Shown piece by piece: positions 57,701-60,075 of a DNA stretch of 60,075 nt. Source of the DNA: Minisyncoccota bacterium. GTDB lineage: Bacteria > Patescibacteriota > Microgenomatia > UBA1400 > PJMF01. Positions within the stretch are counted from its first letter, which is position 1. Every line of letters starts with the position of its first letter. A model generated the notes under the pieces. That model ran no database searches, had not been told where the DNA came from, and saw only the letters and a program-made list of their open reading frames with translations. The translations under genes were made by a program, and so were the position numbers. Location of the stretch: NCBI GenBank assembly GCA_009991965.1, contig JAACWQ010000007.1:1-60075 (forward strand), read 5' to 3'.

Positions 57701-59046
57701 CGTTGTGACTCAGAGAGGAGTGATTCGATGGGAGCGGAACTCAACTCGGCTTCGGAGTACGTGGTACTAGTTGGCTCTTGGTACGACCAGTACTCTTCGA
57801 GGTCACTTTTTATTTGGTACTTGCGCTCACTGTCTCGAAAGAGCGGCGTACGCGCGAGGGAGTAATCAAGTGTCAAAATTGGATTGAGGTTTAGTTCTTC
57901 ATCACCCCCGAAAGACAGAAACATCTTCACAATGTCTGCTGGACCCACTGAGCCAACGATTTGTTGTTCGGGAAAAGCGCAATACGCTTGATAGCCTTGT
58001 TCGACCAAATCAGCTTGGATTTGTGCATAGTCACGCCTACCAGGATCGGGATACAAACCAGCAAAGGGTGAAAGATGAAAAATGCTGGGGTTATATGCGA
58101 GGTTGGGCGCAGCTACACTGGAGCCGGGATCTGCGAGGGGATTCCATGGTTCAGTTTCGGTAATGATAAGTGGCTTAGAAAATCTGTCCAAATTTTGATC
58201 TTTCCAGTACTGCTGCATGCTTTGGCCAGCTGGGTACAAATTGCCGGCAAAGGCATCGATGCAGTCGAAATTTGCGCCTGCCTTTTGCATACCTTTATAG
58301 ATGCCATCAAAAGACGGGGAAGTTAAGTTAAATGCAGGAGAGAGCAGGCGTACATTACTTGGTTTGGCTGCACAAACAGCATTCATGTACTGTGCGAGAG
58401 CTGGCCCAATGCAATCAAAATATATATTTCCTGCTCCGCTTGAGTATCTGCCGCATTCTGGAGCAAACCAATTTTCTATATCCGGTTCATTTGGTCCGGC
58501 AATGGCGTAAAATTCTTTGCCCGCAGCTCCGCGAGAAAGTGTTTGTAAGAAATCAATGTAGTCTCCAGCAATTCTATTTGGATTGGCGTTCCACTTGTCG
58601 AAACCTAGTCCAGAGTCTGCGATGCCAATTCTGACAATTGTTGTACTGTTGTGTGCGTTTATAGCAGCCAGTACTGCTCCGGGATTATTTTTTTCGGCAA
58701 TTTCCAGCGTCCACTGCATGCCAAACGAGTCTGTTTTTTCGTACGTCCCATGCCCAAACGTGGTGGCAAAATTGACTCCGAGATTGCCACATTTACCTTG
58801 TACACCGCCACAGAGATCAAGTACCTGCGTGTCATGCAAATAGTGTTTTTTGAAGTGAGGATCAGGATTGGTGCCAAAGGGGTCAAAGAGAAGTGCTGCT
58901 TTAGTTTTACCCAAAACAAATTGTAGGTCTGCCTTGAAGGCATCAAAGTCTGAGGTTGTCTGTGCCTTACTTATTTTAGGGTAGAAAAGTGCTGACAATC
59001 CAAAAAAAAGTACCAAAACACTTGCTAGTAGCCAGGATTTTCTCAC
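54769..59046 (-). CDS. 1425-aa secreted protein: glycoside-hydrolase-like N-domain plus C-terminal lytic transglycosylase (SLT)
   Basis: Signal peptide; GPNEPD and IITET (GH-A-like acid/base and nucleophile); AVAHSES...SSAGARGVWQF. Confidence 0.7.
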   Translation of the reverse strand: MRKSWLLASVLVLFFGLSALFYPKISKAQTTSDFDAFKADLQFVLGKTKAALLFDPFGTNPDPHFKKHYLHDTQVLDLCGGVQGKCGNLGVNFATTFGHGTYEKTDSFGMQWTLEIAEKNNPGAVLAAINAHNSTTIVRIGIADSGLGFDKWNANPNRIAGDYIDFLQTLSRGAAGKEFYAIAGPNEPDIENWFAPECGRYSSGAGNIYFDCIGPALAQYMNAVCAAKPSNVRLLSPAFNLTSPSFDGIYKGMQKAGANFDCIDAFAGNLYPAGQSMQQYWKDQNLDRFSKPLIITETEPWNPLADPGSSVAAPNLAYNPSIFHLSPFAGLYPDPGRRDYAQIQADLVEQGYQAYCAFPEQQIVGSVGPADIVKMFLSFGGDEELNLNPILTLDYSLARTPLFRDSERKYQIKSDLEEYWSYQEPTSTTYSEAELSSAPIESLLSESQRCAEGAKNLWAQDDMCTKLINPDACALYKFLIPNTSHTVKSLLAEYRSAGGQEKNMTAICKELEQSSDAAKKQVFTDLTQVPLTTESGYRLAFLVLSLKELKPEPNKLFSFFAHGTLPRDEVLVVAFKIPDVITNKPSVNAFSGSNSKAYPFFADGAMLARDSLLTVNQQALAADRKTELKSTLANTVTAVMGQGPSNPIYCLDGQPPNGTGSIACNDQLVKALTDIVNAQDQIDGKQLNCAGPEDIDQSFSIDEPAAAQQQNPRAIFPETFGSELVTQLFLQLASTSTDKVARELISKFIINKISTRDGTFLSDSTSLKAYLVYPVGYELAEVENVLINSFLTDKQIETINQDPNLNKRFELFGGTTKLTKNTESFTIFDPGKCVRTKGKDCWSAIVATIDLPKLPQIQFLGAKLGYYLRAIQRALAKEASSVQTYLAACKTTEEFLLDRCAGLQQKEPQKSLSYCGAKELTLTNTTTTSFRICRTGVPPENCEPIDQGSEAYFLDQSSDYTLELVTRILDGGTLITTGSIVTMNPGQYQTENGAMPRCGVGPYDITAGQIWYLPPDVPIEEVIKPEAWDKRGSKLVPATGTKDWTNVIASFRVKPGYYFVPSYTFGCLSRGAVWTDKNGNTSIDPFSQGSAAIIPVGVGMNGRKSYCAKATFNSNMPGGPDGADHVFVTDSYGCSVAGKGYDIMLNSSCGGLNGAGNLELWSELFKPDDESGTNKLPGLALYEQIFGRKFELPYLGKDEAMSCDNLFPNTIREVGCDEVSNSDVGSISKFGKDIKFDIQYWNNSTVTFTPPSQTIWDSIQAASQRYGCDPLLALAVAHSESSVYNNTTESSAGARGVWQFTPGAWGIWTTPYNTGASACANHEPTSFTPEYMSGLGVDFSSPTNIPAAADAACRLVLWTGAQKYPDNQNAFASAFAVRGENSYGQIWNAHTPQAKYVWSLWKKLRDEMGQPAKTPPANYPDPACY

Positions 59047-59066
59047 CTAGATAGTATAACCGAAAC

Positions 59067-59474
59067 TCAGGGGGTTGTAGCGTCTTGTGTTTCGTTCGAT
59101 CGGGGAATGCGGAACTCTTTGATTTTGGTTATCCCTGTAAAGTTGGAAATCAGGTTGAGAATAATGAATGCTGAGAGAGCTACTACGATACCAATTACTC
59201 CGTAAGTAAGCGCGTTTTTGGCCTGACTCGTGTGTTTGCTGTCTCCACCAGACAGAAGCCATTGAAATGAGCCGTATATAAACATCACAAACGCCGCGAA
59301 ACCAATCAGGGGAATAATCACCGTAAAAATGTTGGCAAACAAACACTCAAGACCCTGGATGGTAGCCACGCCTTTTTCTACACAAACACCACCCCATTCG
59401 CTTGTTTGCGCAAAGACTGGCTGAGCACTCAGTATAAATAGTGTGGTAGCAGCAGTTACTGATCTTTTTAGCAT
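59067..59474 (-). CDS. VirB2/TrbC-like pilin
   Basis: Signal peptide, then TM-GSFQWLLSGGD..AKNALTYGVIG-TM. Confidence 0.75.
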   Translation of the reverse strand: MLKRSVTAATTLFILSAQPVFAQTSEWGGVCVEKGVATIQGLECLFANIFTVIIPLIGFAAFVMFIYGSFQWLLSGGDSKHTSQAKNALTYGVIGIVVALSAFIILNLISNFTGITKIKEFRIPRSNETQDATTP

Positions 59475-59493
59475 GCACTGCTAGTATAGCAGT

Positions 59494-59973
59494 TTAGCCA
59501 CTTATTGGCCGCACATTGTTGAATAAATCTTCGTAAGAAGTAAATCCGAGGAATTTGAGAACGATAATAAAAATAGCCCAAGATGCGGCAACAATAACAA
59601 GGCCGATTACGGCAGCAACAATTTTACTTCGAGCTTCGCCTGTTTTGCCCTTGTCTCCGCCAGAAGTCATCCAGGCAAAAGCCGCAGTCACAAGCTGTAG
59701 CAATACGAGCAGAGCGCAGAGAAGCATCACGATTGTCAAAATCGAAGTAATCAGGGTGCCAATATCGGGAGAGTAGCCTTTGTAAAGCACGATATCTCCC
59801 TGAGGATAAGCGCTGCTGGTCGCTGAGCTTGACGCTGCTTGTGTAGACAAATACATGCTATCTCCAGATCGCACAACGCCAAGCGAGGTACCACTGGCAA
59901 ATATAGTACTAGGAGCTGCGGACAAAAGAAGAGCGGTGAGAAACAATGTTGCTTTTTGATACCCTTTGATCAT
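59494..59973 (-). CDS. VirB2/TrbC-like pilin
   Basis: TM-AFAWMTSGGDKGK..EARSKIVAAVIGLVIV-TM. Confidence 0.78.
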   Translation of the reverse strand: MIKGYQKATLFLTALLLSAAPSTIFASGTSLGVVRSGDSMYLSTQAASSSATSSAYPQGDIVLYKGYSPDIGTLITSILTIVMLLCALLVLLQLVTAAFAWMTSGGDKGKTGEARSKIVAAVIGLVIVAASWAIFIIVLKFLGFTSYEDLFNNVRPISG

Positions 59974-60016
59974 GTTGGGTAGTATACAACATTATAAGCC
60001 TAATTGGACAAAAGAG

Positions 60017-60075
60017 TTACGTTCCACTCACGTTCACAATATTTAAGAACAGATCTTGGTAACTAGAAAAGCCCA
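60017..60075 (-). CDS. 3' fragment of a further pilin paralogue (runs off the window edge)
   Basis: Translates GFSSYQDLFLNIVNVSGT*, resembling the neighbour's C-terminus GFTSYEDLFNNVRPISG*. Confidence 0.55.
   Translation of the reverse strand, partial: GFSSYQDLFLNIVNVSGT

Overview
A chromosomal window spanning the replication origin of a small-genome bacterium, very probably Patescibacteria/CPR (Microgenomates-like). This is inferred from the short ValS, Jag and YidD proteins, a DUF4012 protein, CPR-type VirB4/PrgI/pilin genes, many AAA_14-DUF4143 ATPases and mostly leaderless genes. Core genes are dnaA-oriC-dnaN-rpmH-rnpA-yidD-yidC-jag-rnhA, plus rplY, valS, radA, rho and obg. Right of dnaA lies a relaxase-free T4SS-like cluster with VirB4, PrgI, a VirB6-like protein, VirB2-like pilins and two very large secreted hydrolases. 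The left end holds the 3' part of a tail-fibre/adhesin-like gene with an S74 autocleaving chaperone, followed by an accessory island (three AAA_14 ATPases, an orphan antitoxin, an AbiE pair) and three prepilins. Six toxin-antitoxin-type loci are present. The most unusual signal is that the last ~30-45 bp of the tail-fibre-like gene recur twice downstream, each copy directly ahead of a different cargo gene. A 20-bp duplication of another gene's 3' end brackets a RelE/HTH module. Together these suggest integrase-less cassette accretion at gene 3' ends. The tail-fibre gene also looks modular, with conserved 29-bp GNVGIGTT repeats bounding more AT-rich segments. A 560-bp rho-radA intergenic region probably encodes two divergent structured small RNAs. 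No tRNA, rRNA, CRISPR array, integrase, transposase or reverse transcriptase was seen. All family calls come from recognising motifs by eye; no database searches were run.
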